39,760 nucleotides of DNA from Macrostomum lignano (Eukaryota): positions 1 through 39,760 of the forward strand of contig NIVC01004642.1 of assembly GCA_002269645.1 (NCBI GenBank). The letters run 5' to 3'. The notes below the pieces were generated by a model. That model saw only the letters and a program-made list of their open reading frames with translations, did not search any database and was not told where the DNA came from. Below are positions 23,801 to 34,275 of the stretch, piece after piece. The translations under genes and the position numbers were made by a program. Within the stretch, counting starts at the first letter, position 1; each line of letters opens with the position of its first letter.

Positions 23801-26800
23801 TGACAGTCGCTCTCCATTCTGTCAAAGTAGCTGCAACCGGTCTGAGAGTCGCTCTCCGTTCTGTAAAAGTAGCTGCAACCGGTCTGACAATCGCTCTCCG
23901 CTCTGTCAAAGTAGCTGTAACCGGTCTGACAGTCACTCTCCGCTCTGTCAAAGTAGCTGTAACCGGTCTGACAGTCGCTCTCCGCTCTGTCAAAGTAGCT
24001 GTAACCGGTCTGACAATCGCTCTCCGTTCTGTCAAAGTAGCTGCAACCGGTCTGACAGTCGCTCTCCGTTCTGTCAAAGTAGCTGTATCCGGTCTGACAA
24101 TCGCTCTCCGTTCTGTCAAAGTAGCTGTAACCGGTCTGACAATCGCTCTCCGCTCTGTCAAAGTAGCTGTAACCGGTCTGACAATCGCTCTCCGCTCTGT
24201 CAAAGTAGCTGCAACCGGTCTGACAGTCGCTCTCCGCTCTGTCAAAGTAGCTGCAACCGGTCTGACAGTCGCTCTCCGCTCTGTCAAAGTAGCTGTAACC
24301 GGTCTGACAATCGCTCTCCGTTCTGTCAAAGTAGCTGCAACCGGTCTGACAGTCGCTCTCCGCTCTGTCAAAGTAGCTGTAACCGGTCTGACAATCGCTC
24401 TCCGTTCTGTCAAAGTAGCTGTATCCGGTCTGACAATCGCTCTCCGTTCTGTCAAAGTAGCTGCAACCGGTCTGACAGTCGCTCTCCGCTCTGTCAAAGT
24501 AGCTGTAACCGGTCTGACAATCGCTCTCCGTTCTGTCAAAGTAGCTGTAACCGGTCTGACAATCGCTCTCCGTTCTGTCAAAGTAGCTGTAACCAGCCTG
24601 GCACTCACTATCTGCTTTGTCGAAAATACTGAATCCAGCTTGGCATTCAGTATGAATTAAGTCGAAGTAGCCGGGCCCAATCTGACACCCTGTCTGATTA
24701 AATGAGAAGCTGCTGCAGCCCATCTGAGTCACAGCCTCATTAGTCCCGCAGATAGCCTCAATGGCGACATTGTGAACTCCAACATCGTAGCAGCTAGCTG
24801 TGTCTGTTAATAGAGACTGCGCGTTCGCCTGACCATCAACACCATCCCATGCACTGATCCCGGCGCATGACTCTGCATCCAGCCGGTCGAAGTAACTGTT
24901 ACCAGACTGCTCGCATTCGTCCAGCCGATCAAAGTCGCTGGCCCCTGCTTGTTGGCAGAAATTCACACCGTGGAATGCGCTTGCTCCGGACTGATGACCT
25001 TGATCCGTGGTGTGGAATGCGCTCGCTCCAGATTGATGACCTTGATCCGTGGTGTGGAATGCGCTCGCTCCAGATTGATGACCTTGATCTGTGTTGTGGA
25101 ACGAGCTTGCTCCAGATTGATGACCTTGATCTGTGGTGTGGAATGCGCTCGCTCCAGATTGATGACCTTGATCCATGTTGTGGAACGTACTTGCTCCAGA
25201 TTGATGACCTTGATCTGTGCTTTGGAACGCACTTGCTCCGGACTGATGACCTTGATCCGTGGTGTGGAACGCGCTTGCTCCGGACTGATGACCTTGATCC
25301 GTGGTGTGGAATGCGCTTGCTCCAGATTGATGACCTTGATCCGTGTTCTGGAATGCGCTTGCTCCAGATTGATGACCTTGATCCGTGTTGTGGAATGCGC
25401 TCGCTCCAGATTGATGACCTTGATCCGTGTTGTGGAATGCGCTTGCTCCGGACTGATGACCTTGATCCGTGTTCTGGAATGCGCTTGCTCCAGATTGATG
25501 ACCTTGATCCGTGTTGTGGAATGCGCTCGCTCCAGATTGATGACCTTGATCCGTGTTGTGGAATGCGCTTGCTCCAGATTGATGACCTTGATCCGTGGTG
25601 TGGAACGCACTGCACCCAACCTGCTGACCTTGATTCGTCTTGTCGAACGCGCTGCACCCAACCTGCTGACCATAATCGACCGATTCAAAAGCGCTGGCTC
25701 CTGTTTGAACACCGAATTCAAACGCAAAGTGAAGATGCGTCCGCACGCCGGCAATCGCGGTGGCTGGAGCGCAGATCACGTGACCTATAGCCGGCTCCGG
25801 ACAAGTCTGCTCCCCGCGACTGAAACTCTCTGCGCCCGCCCAGACCGCTATGTCCTTGCTAGTGATGCCTGTGTTCACGCTGTCGTGAGCAGCTTCAGGT
25901 GGCGAAGTCTGCGCACTGGCGCAGTCGAACTGCGGTCCAATCTGCACAGAAATATCACTAGCGTCTTCAAGTGCCAGGCGACATTGAACGCCGCTGTCGG
26001 AAAGCCCTTCGATACGCAAATCCGCCAGCGGACTGTCAACGAACTGATCAACTGTAAGCAGCTTTCCGGCCGCTGCGCACCTGGTCTCGACTATGTCGGG
26101 TTGGTAGCGCATCGACGAGTCGACGCGACGCTCGTCGCGATCCTGCCGTCTCCAACGAGTCAGATCGAGTGTGTCGCTAGCCTGATCAGCAACGGACTCT
26201 GAATGCTTCGTTGCGACAACCAACACGCTGGCGGTGGGGTTTTTAGCCGTTAGCATCGTTTGGCTCGCCTCGGAGAGGCTCGGCGGCCGGGCTCGAACCT
26301 CGGACTGACGGAGACCGACAGGAGCGGTTGTCTGCGCCGCCTGGTGTCTGAGGACTGGCGGCTGCCGCATTGACTGCTGCGGCTGTGGTGGTGGCGGCGG
26401 TGGTTGTGGCTGCATCACTGCACTCGTCTTAACTAAAGCATTTGCTGTCGCCACTGTCGAGGCTCCGACGACAACGCCGCTGACGACAAAGTCCACAGAC
26501 GGCTTCGACTCGGCTGGTTTCAAATCCAGGTGGCCAAGTTTAGCTGTGGTTGTCATGGAGACCTCAGCGAGGACTATCGGTTCAGTGGTATCGTAATCGT
26601 CTGACGGAGCTTTGGCTGCGGATTTGAGGCTGCGTTGCAGCAGCTCGAGACGTTCGCTGCTGCATTGTAGAAGTCTGAGTTTTAATTGGCGAGTTACGAA
26701 TCGAGATACATTATAACTATGCTGATTTGATATACTAATGATATGGTATACTACTGATATGGCATACTACTAATGAGATACTACTGATATCATTTACTAA

Positions 26801-29800
26801 TGATATGGTATACTACTGATATGATATACCAATGATACTACTAATATTATATACCGTACTTCTGATTTGATAGTGATAGTTTGATCTCACTCGGACTCCA
26901 AGTCGCCGTTCGCGCGCCAGTTTAAGGCAGTGCCGACTTTTCTAGTTTCTGTGGCTGAGCAGCAGCACAGTTCCTCTGGACTGCCGCAGCCGCAGCAGCA
27001 GCAACAGCAGGCGCAGTCTGAACCGGCACGCTGGAACTCCGCCCAGCTGGTCAGGTGCTGCCACAGCTTCGACACCAGCGTGTGCAGGCGGACTAACTCG
27101 GTGGTTGACAGCCTGTATGGATCGTTGCCTGCGGTACGATTGTTAACAATGGGCTATGGGTGTACATCATATCATTCATTTCTTATATAGATCTTGTATA
27201 CGGAATCAACAATCAGCTGTAAAAAACGGTACCAAAATAACAATAAGAACTTGCTTACGTAGGCTTGACTTCACGCGCCCCTTGCGTGCTATCTCGCTCG
27301 CCGCTTCTGAAAAATTAATTAGTTTCTTAGACTAATTGGCCCATCTGTGGCCCGCCTTACCCGACCCCCGATTTCTCTCCAGCCACCCCACTCCACATCA
27401 ACCCCTTTTCAGTTCATTATAATTGGCCAAGTCAGCCTGTCTTCCCCGACCCCCGATTTTTCTCCAGCCACTCCACTCCGCATCAACCCATTTTCAGTTC
27501 ATTCTAATTGCCCATGGCAGCCTGTCTTCCCCGACCCCCGATTTCTCTCCAGCCACTCCACTCCACATCAACCCCTTTTCAGTTCATTCTAATTGGCCAA
27601 GTCAGCCTGTCTTCCCCGACCCCCGATTTCTCTCCAGCCACTCCACTCCACATCAACCCCTTTTCAGTTCATTCTAATTGGCCAAGTCAGCCTGTCTTAC
27701 CCGACCCCCGATTTCTCTCCAGCCACTCCACTCCACATCAACCCCTTTTCAGTTCATTCTAATTGGCCAAGTCAGCCTGTCCTACCCGACCCCCGATTTC
27801 TCTCCAGCCACTCCACTCCACATCAACCCCTTTCAGTTCATTCTAATTGGACATCGCAGCCTGTCTTACCCAGCCCCCCATTTTCCTCCAGCCACCCCAC
27901 TCCACATTAACCCTCTCTTTTTCATTCTAGTCGTCCGTCAGCCCGTTTTACCCAACCCCTTATTTCTCTCAATTGTAGAACACCAGTGAAACGCACCGTC
28001 GGTGCTAACAGTTCGGGCACGCAATTCAGCCAGCATAGTGGCCAGTTTTTGCCTAGCGCTGCCCTCAGAATCAGCGGCGGCCTCTTCGGCTAGCAGAGTT
28101 TGTTCTAGTAAATCGTAAAATTCCTCGGCGCAAGTTGGTTTAGAGACGGCAATTAGCTGGTGGATAAAGAAATCAGTGTAATATTATGGCTTCAGTTGGT
28201 TCAACGTGTATCCTGATTTTTAGATACATATGTAATGTACCTCACTACTCATGCAATCGTATAATCGACAAACTAACCGACTGTTTGTCCAGCAGCCCGG
28301 TGAACAGTTGCGCAATATGTGCCACCGTGTCTCGCTTTAGCTTGGCAATTAACGCAGTCCACTGATCCGATAACTGACGCTTGAGTCTACAGATTGACGT
28401 GAGTTTAAGTAAATATATATATAAAACTATATTGGTTAACACCATGGGTTGATTCCCATGGTCGGGCTTCACAAACTAGTAAGTTAGCACTGCATTTTAG
28501 TAATAATATTAATAATTATTATATTCGCATAAGGGTGGTGGCGCAACGACTTCGACAACTGAACACATTACTGCACGCAGGCACGAAGTCACACACACGC
28601 TCACACAGGGTGCACAGCGGCCCTGACTTTCCAATCGTCAGGCATGTGCACTCTCCGTGCCTTGGGCGGGGGTTAGACCTCATGCATGGGTGAGAACCTT
28701 ACGGAAGTCCTGAACTATGCATGAAATAGTACCCGAGGATCTGACGCGCGAGAGTCAGACACGTTTACCGCTGACCTGCTGTGTCCCCCAACATCGCATC
28801 TTCCTGAGAGACAGTCCGTCCGTCTTTTTATATTTTTTAATTAGAGGCAGGGGGGGTGTGTGCACCCTGGCGCACTTTAAGCGACATAGGCACACAACTG
28901 GCGAGAGGCATTACTGCCCATTCCGCCGACTCCCCTGAGCAGGCATACAAGCGCGCGGATACGTACGCAGGCACACACTCACACAGGAGTGTACAGCGGC
29001 CCTAACTTTATTTTATCGTTAGGCATGTACACTTCACTGCGCCTTGGGGGGTTGGCTCTCAAGGCCGTTAATTGCACGAGCAGAGCCAAGCCGAGATTCC
29101 AATTCAGCCCCAAATTAATGTGACTGCACTTGGAATCGAGCCTGGGTCGCTGGCACACCAGAGCCTGCGCTAGACCGCTGGGCTACGCCCAAATTAGTCC
29201 AAATTAATGTGACTGCACTTGGAATCGAGCCTGGGTCGCTGGCACACCAAAGCCTGCGCTAGACCGCTGGGCTACGCCCCCCGTCCGTCCGTCCGTCTTA
29301 CCTAACGGCTCTATCAATAGAGCTAACATCTCGCGGCGGAATCCAGACTGTTATAGACGGCAGCGTCACCTCGTTGCCATCAAGCAGACGGACTCGCCAC
29401 TGCAGTCGATCGGAGTTGTCTAGAATGGTCAGCTCTTGGCCTTGCGCTACGACGAACTGCATAAGGTAGAGTTTATAAACTGTTAACCTTTAACCTTTAA
29501 TATATAGCAAGGTTCTCTATATTAAAGTCTCGTGTGAGCTGCTTTGTTTAGTTGAATAATCGTAGCTTGATTTACCAAAAACCGGATAGTTCTAAAGACA
29601 GAAATATACTCAAGACATACTACTCATGGAGGTGAAGCGACACGCGAGTAAGTATTGATATTAGCGAGTAGATACATACAGCATCAAAATTTTTTAACAG
29701 ATGCTTTCCATCGGTATGTAGCGTTATAGCCTAGACACCAGGGTGTTTTGTTAATTCAAAATTATTCTAGAAATATATAAAATATAGAGACAAACATGTT

Positions 29801-30436
29801 GAAAAGAACCTCCAGAAGTTACGGTTGCATCAGGACGGAACACTCGGTTTCGATGGACAATTTATTTGAAGGCCTAGATAGGGTGGAGCCCAACAGCCGA
29901 CACGGTGGAGCCTAACAAGAGACAGGGTGGAGAGCCTAACAAGAGACACGGTGGAGCCCAACAACAGACACGGTGGAGCCCAACAACAGACTCGGTGGAG
30001 CCCAATAATAAACCAGATATTGGCGACCCTTAGGGTTGCGACCTCCTGCACTTAAAACTCGCGCGTACATGTTACGTTACTGTCAGCGGTAACAGAGTAA
30101 CTCAGTAAGTCTCACCTCGGGCGTTTCGTACAGGCACGCGCAGATACCGCGAAGTGGAGCGCTTTTGTCAGACAGTTTTCCAACTGGCGTTGGACACCGA
30201 CTGCTAATTGGTACAATGGAGTGCGCGGCGGACACCAGATGGTCCACGGCTGCCCATTCGCTTAGGCAGTGCTTCAGGGAGTCCTGGAGACGCGAGTGCA
30301 AGAGTTTAGTTCAGTAAATATTTAAGAGACGGTAAGTTGAGTTAGTTGGTCGGTCACTCAGTTAGTTAGTTAGTCAGTTAGTTAGTTACGAGTAGTTAGT
30401 TAGTTAGTTACTTAGTTAGCTAGGTAGTTAGTTAGG

Positions 30437-30499
<63 letters not shown>

Positions 30500-30596
30500 G
30501 CAGTTAGTTAGTTAGTTATTCAGTCAGTTAGCTAGTTAGTTAGTTAGTTAGTTAGTTATTAGTTAGTTAGTTAGTTAGTTATTAGTTAGTTAGTTA

Positions 30597-30639
<43 letters not shown>

Positions 30640-33600
30640 TTAGTTAGTTAGTTAGTTAGTTAGGTAGTTAGTTAGTTGAACTCAAGACTCACAGTGGCCG
30701 TTGTGAGTAGTCGCTTAGTCCGTTCCGGATGATGAAGATGGAACAGGCACTCCAGCTGGCGCGAAGCGTGTGAAAAACTGCGCCCCATTCGGCCACCAGC
30801 GTCGTGGCATTCAACGTGGAAAGAGTTGTAGTCGGCCGCGTTTCTCGAGTGCAGGCGCAGCAGCACGGAGAGCTGGTCCAGCCACTGCCAGCAGCGCTGA
30901 GCGGAGCCGGCAAGCGGCTTGCGGACTGTCGAATCCAAGGAGCCTGACGACGGCTCGGATGGAGGACCGCTGGTGGACAGCCGGTGCGCCTCTGATGTCA
31001 CGGCTGCGGCAGAGGACTGCGGATGGGCGATCGATATTGATGGGGGCTGATCGGCCGCCATTGTACAGCTTCCCTCTCTCCCTGCCCCTCTCTCCCTACC
31101 CCTCTCTCCTGCCCCTCTCTCCCTGCCCCTCTCTCCCTGCCCCTCTCCCCTGCCCCTCTCCCCCTGCCCCTCTCTCCCTGCCCCTTTCTCCTGCCCCTCT
31201 CTCCCTGCCCCTCTCTCCCTGTCCCTCTCTCCCTGCCCCTCTTTCCCTGCCCCTCTTTCCCTGCCCCTCTTTCCCTGCCCCTCTTTCCCTGCCCCTCTCT
31301 CCCTGCCCCTCTTTCCCTGCCCCTCTTTCCCTGCCCCTCTTTCCCTGCCCCTCTCTCCCTACCCCTCTTTCCCTGCCCCTCTCTCCCTACCCCTCTCTCC
31401 CTGCCCCTCTCTCCCTGCCCCCCTCTCCCTACCCCTTTCTCCTTGACCCTCTCTCCCTGTCCCTCTCTCCTTGACCCTCTCTCCCTGTCCCTCTCTCCTT
31501 GACCCTCTCTCCCTGTCCCTCTCTCCTTGACCCTCTCCCCTTGCCCTTCTATCACAGCCCCTCTTCCTCTGCCTCTCTCTCCCTTCCTTTCTCTTTCAGC
31601 CCCTGCCTCGCTCCTCCTCTCTTTCCCTGCCTTTAAGCAAATTTTAATACTATAATTCTCTGTGCTGATTAATAATATTGCTTCGAGTTGCTGAACGAGT
31701 GCATGCGCACTTCAAGCTGTGAGCTCGGGTATTTACCAATAACTATGATAGCTATATAGCGGTTCTCCTTGCCTGCATGCAGACCATTCGCCCTACCGAT
31801 GCTCAAACTTGCTCACCGCCTCTCAAAATCATAGTTCTTATATTCGCGCTGTATAGTTAATTAAATACAGCACTTGGCTGCAGTGGATGGAATTCTTTAG
31901 CTTAGTCAACTAGGAGATTGTATTGGCGCCCCCAATACTAGTGCAGAGCCTATACTACGAGTACTGTAGTCCATGTTTGTGTAAATTAATAAACAGCAAG
32001 CTGAGGCAGTCGTAGGCTTAGGGATTTTGTTTTCATTAGCACACTAAGAATGTTGAATAGCTATTCTTCGACGAGACAGCAATACTTAACTGTGTTCATT
32101 TATAGCTCTCTTTTGAAAATCTGATTTCAAATCTCAGCATTGCCGCTATTTTCGAGAATATCGATCTTTTGTGCCTTTGATGATTGTATAGGCTGTACTG
32201 GTAGCCAAGTTAAAAGGCAGGGAGGGGCAGGGAGAGAGGGACAGGGAGAGAGGGACAGGGAGAGATGGGTAGGGAGAGAGGGACAGGGAGAGAGGGGTAG
32301 GGAGAGAGGGGCAGGGAAAGAGGGGTAGGGAGAGAGGGGCAGGGAAAGAGGGGCAGGGAGAGAGGGGCAGGGAAAGAGGGCAGGGAAAGAGGGGCAGGGA
32401 AAGAGGGGCAGGGAAAGAGGGGCAGGGAAAGAGGGGTAGGGAGAGAGGGACAGGGAGAGAGGGGCAGGGAGAGAGGGGCAGGGAGAAAGAGGCAGAGAGA
32501 GAGAGAAGCAGGGAGAGGGCCAAGGAGGGATGGGCAGGGATAGAGTGAGAGAACAGGAGATAAGACGGGAGACAAGAGAAGGGAGAGGGAAGTCGTGAGA
32601 ATAGAGCAAGGTATACATGTAGAAAGGAGTTATTAAGAAAAGGGTAGAGAGATCCGAATACGGAGGTGGAGACAAGGAGGCGTATAAGGAAGGAAACTGA
32701 ATGCATAAATACATGTAGGAGTATTAGGATGCTAAAGTGAGTAAATTTCCCGATAAATTTAGACAGATGCAACACAACAGAACAGATAACTCTCTTACGC
32801 CAAAGGTGTCCTCCAAGCTGGCAATCTTGGCTATGAAGTCAAGCGAAGCGATGTTGTCTCCGACTCTTCGTCCTGCGACGCTGCACTGCTCTCTAGCTGG
32901 GCGAGACAGGTCCTGTTATGTAGCAACAATTAATTTAATAAACAGCACGGGGCTTAGGCTTGGGCTTCCTGAGAGGGAAGAGCCATGTACTTTTCTTAAA
33001 TGGGGGACGCTGTTAACTTTAGCTGCCCTACTAGTGTAGCATTCTGGTCACAATTACCACCCGATTTGACTCTTGGAGCAGTTTGAGTTACCCATGACAT
33101 CAGGTTTAACTTTATCGCCTTTATTCGACCTATAGCCTTACAACAGCGCTGACGACCATTCTATCGATTCCACTGACTCTTGAGCACATGGGTGTACAGC
33201 GGCCTAGACTTTCTAATCGTCAGGACTCTTAATTCATGTCTTGTATGTTGGCTCTCATAGACAACTGCAATGGAATGAGGCTACACAAGGAGCTATAGAT
33301 GCTGCTATTGCTAGGTAGTACATTTTAAACCGATTGCAGTGTCAAAATGTGTGCATTAAATGCATAGTCTATGGCCGCTCCATATCTCGCGCAAATCAAA
33401 CAGCGTGAATTGAATGAAAAAAGCGTGCATTAAATGCTTAGTCTATGGTCGAGACTCCAGATTGAATCGTTATAACAATACTGCTCGATACTTGGTTTTT
33501 AGCGTTTAAATGTCTTGGCCACGAGTGCGCGAAGCCTATTATACATTTAGTATCTGCGGTATGCTCTAAGAGAACGCCATAGATAACGCCATAAAAGGTT

Positions 33601-34275
33601 TTCGCCATAGACAAATTCCATGTATGACGTCCGGTTTCTCGAGAGCTCGATCCCAGAGATCGAGTTAAGGGTGGGGGTTAATATGAAAACTACTGGAAAC
33701 CTCTCTGCAGCTGGACTGCCCCTATAAAAGCTTTGTCATTCAAACTCACGCCACTAGCAATACGGACAAGCTCATCGCGGATGCCGCGCTGACGAGATCT
33801 CTCGTATTCGATGGAGCAACGATTAGAGCCAAGTGGCGGATTGTGCACTATGGCGTGATTGGCTTCCAGCCAGTGCAAGAACTGTGTCTCAACCTGCTGT
33901 CGACTGTTCATCTGCCTTCGATTGGCAGGTTGTCGGTTGGTTCTTGTAGATTGCTCGATACGGTTAGCTATACACTCGTTAACGCTGAGGTATAGCTACA
34001 AGCTTTACTAATAATAATTCAAGCTTGGTAGCTCGTACTTAAATATTTAGGGCTACAAAAGAGAATGTACAGATAGAAATTAATTGAATGGAGCTCAGTG
34101 GGCGGCCTCGCGATTGCTCTCGTTTTTGCATTTCAATTCATTCTCTCTCTATATATCTCTTCTCTACTCTCCTTACGAGTAGCTGCCAGGGGGGCTCGGC
34201 AGGTCATCAGGCCCGCAAATAGAACCGCTTAATCTTTTCTTTAAATCTAGCAGCAGATCTTGACTTGAATAGCAG
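20013..34275 (-). CDS. Plakin-domain protein (dystonin/MACF/desmoplakin-type spectrin repeats plus SH3) with a giant repetitive exon; at least 11 exons, about 2600 aa or more, 5' end not defined
   Basis: Exons 34275-34177, 33984-33750, ~32896-32799, 31016-30693, 30283-30116, 29456-29302, 28386-28278, 28156-27997, 27128-26891, 26659-21147, 20830-20013. Phases agree at every junction except the 33750/32896 one. Plakin-like sequence: TQFLHWLE..., QRCWQWLDQLSVLLRLHSRNAADYNSFHVEC, HSIVPISSR...LRGICACLYETPE/FVVAQGQELTILDNSDRLQWRVRLLDGNEVTLPSITVWIPPRDVSSID (plakin SH3). Confidence 0.85.
21147..26659 (-). CDS. Giant 5513-nt exon of the plakin-like gene (the 1817-aa ORF)
   Basis: Acceptor aatgcag (phase 2, in frame with the upstream exon), donor CCGA|gtgag (phase 1); open throughout; contains two 42-bp coding arrays. 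Confidence 0.9.
23745..24600 (-). repeat. 42-bp coding tandem array, about 20 x FDR[TA]ESDCQTG[YC]SY
   Basis: Counted from the ORF translation; unit = 14 codons. Confidence 0.98.
24970..25660 (-). repeat. 42-bp coding tandem array, about 15 x F[HQ][NT]TDQGHQSGASA plus degenerate flanks
   Basis: Counted from the ORF translation. Confidence 0.98.
26891..27128 (-). CDS. Plakin-like gene exon with a poly-Cys cluster
   Basis: GNDPYRLSTTELVRLHTLVSKLWQHLTSWAEFQRAGSDCACCCCCCGCGSPEELCCC...; phase 1 to 2, both ends match neighbouring exons. Confidence 0.8.
27355..27910. repeat. 85-bp intronic minisatellite, about 6.5 copies
   Basis: Identical ORF starts at 27423, 27508, 27593 and 27678 show the 85-bp period. 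Confidence 0.97.
27997..28156 (-). CDS. Plakin-like gene exon (LIAVSKPTCAEEFYDLLEQTLL...STD)
   Basis: ccaccag / G|gtgcgt; 160 nt, phase 0 to 1. Confidence 0.8.
28278..28386 (-). CDS. Plakin-like gene exon (LKRQLSDQWTALIAKLKRDTVAHIAQLF...)
   Basis: ctgtag / TCG|gttagt; 109 nt, phase 2 to 0; helix following the SH3. Confidence 0.82.
28560..28720 (-). mobile_element. Diverged SINE body fragment
   Basis: CACACAGGGTGCACAGCGGCCCTGACTTT...AGGCATGTGCAC...GCCTTGGG matches the body of the 17090 and 28870 SINEs. A weaker fragment is at about 33185-33260. Confidence 0.6.
28870..29280 (-). mobile_element. tRNA-derived SINE with a tandemly duplicated tRNA-like head
   Basis: Reverse complement of the 17090 element; the head (A and B boxes) occurs twice, at about 29111-29190 and 29200-29280. 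Confidence 0.85.
29302..29456 (-). CDS. Plakin SH3 exon (FVVAQGQELTILDNSDRLQWRVRLLDGNEVTLPSITVWIPPRDVSSIDRAV); missing from the ORF track
   Basis: ttatgcag / AG|gtaag; pattern matches the plakin SH3 (L.DNS.R..W.V....G.E..VPS.....PP). Confidence 0.88.
29881..30005. repeat. About 22-bp minisatellite (GGTGGAGCCCAACAACAGACAC), about 6 copies
   Basis: Tandem degenerate units in an intron. Confidence 0.85.
30116..30283 (-). CDS. Plakin-like gene exon (DSLKHCLSEW...HSIVPISSR...RGICACLYETPE)
   Basis: ctccag / GAG|gtgag; 168 nt, phase 0-0. Confidence 0.85.
30361..30677. repeat. (TTAG)n microsatellite
   Basis: Imperfect tetranucleotide run in an intron. Confidence 0.97.
30693..31016 (-). CDS. Plakin-like gene exon (QRCWQWLDQLSVLLRLHSRNAADYNSFHVECHD)
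   Basis: ccgcag / ACT|gtgagt; 324 nt, phase 0-0; resembles plakin QTQWSWLLQL...ENTAYFEFF. Confidence 0.8.
31072..31545. repeat. 14-bp pyrimidine-rich minisatellite (CCCTGCCCCTCTCT)n
   Basis: Tandem units; reverse complement of the array at 32218-32500. Confidence 0.95.
32218..32500. repeat. 14-bp purine-rich minisatellite (AGAGAGGGGCAGGG)n, inverted relative to 31072-31545
   Basis: Tandem units with G3/G4 runs. Confidence 0.95.
32799..32896 (-). CDS. Plakin-like gene exon (...CSVAGRRVGDNIASLDFIAKIASLEDTFG); exact acceptor uncertain
   Basis: Donor GGC|gtaag at phase 0. There are several close AGs; the first gives phase 1, later ones give phase 0. Confidence 0.6.
33750..33984 (-). CDS. Plakin-like gene exon (...VETQFLHWLEANHAIVHNPPLGSNRCSIEYERSRQRGIRDELVRIASG)
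   Basis: cctcag / GGC|gtgagt; 235 nt, phase 2 to 0; resembles a plakin spectrin repeat (ELMWLNE...). Confidence 0.7.
34177..34275 (-). CDS. Probable upstream plakin-like gene exon (CYSSQDLLLDLKKRLSGSICGPDDLPSPPGSY)
   Basis: Long pyrimidine tract plus ctatag; TC|gtaagg; 99 nt, phase 2-2, compatible with the next exon. Confidence 0.55.

Noticed and set aside
24985-25600. Repeated CTGATGA as tandem hammerhead cores
   Set aside because: Antisense of the HQS codons; no GAAA or stems in the required geometry.
23655-26202. Long alternative-frame and antisense ORFs (305, 317, 307, 417, 263, 242 aa)
   Set aside because: By-products of stop-free 42-bp repeats; only the 1817-aa frame connects to splice sites.
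30361-30677. Interstitial telomeric repeat
   Set aside because: The unit is TTAG, not TTAGG or TTAGGG.
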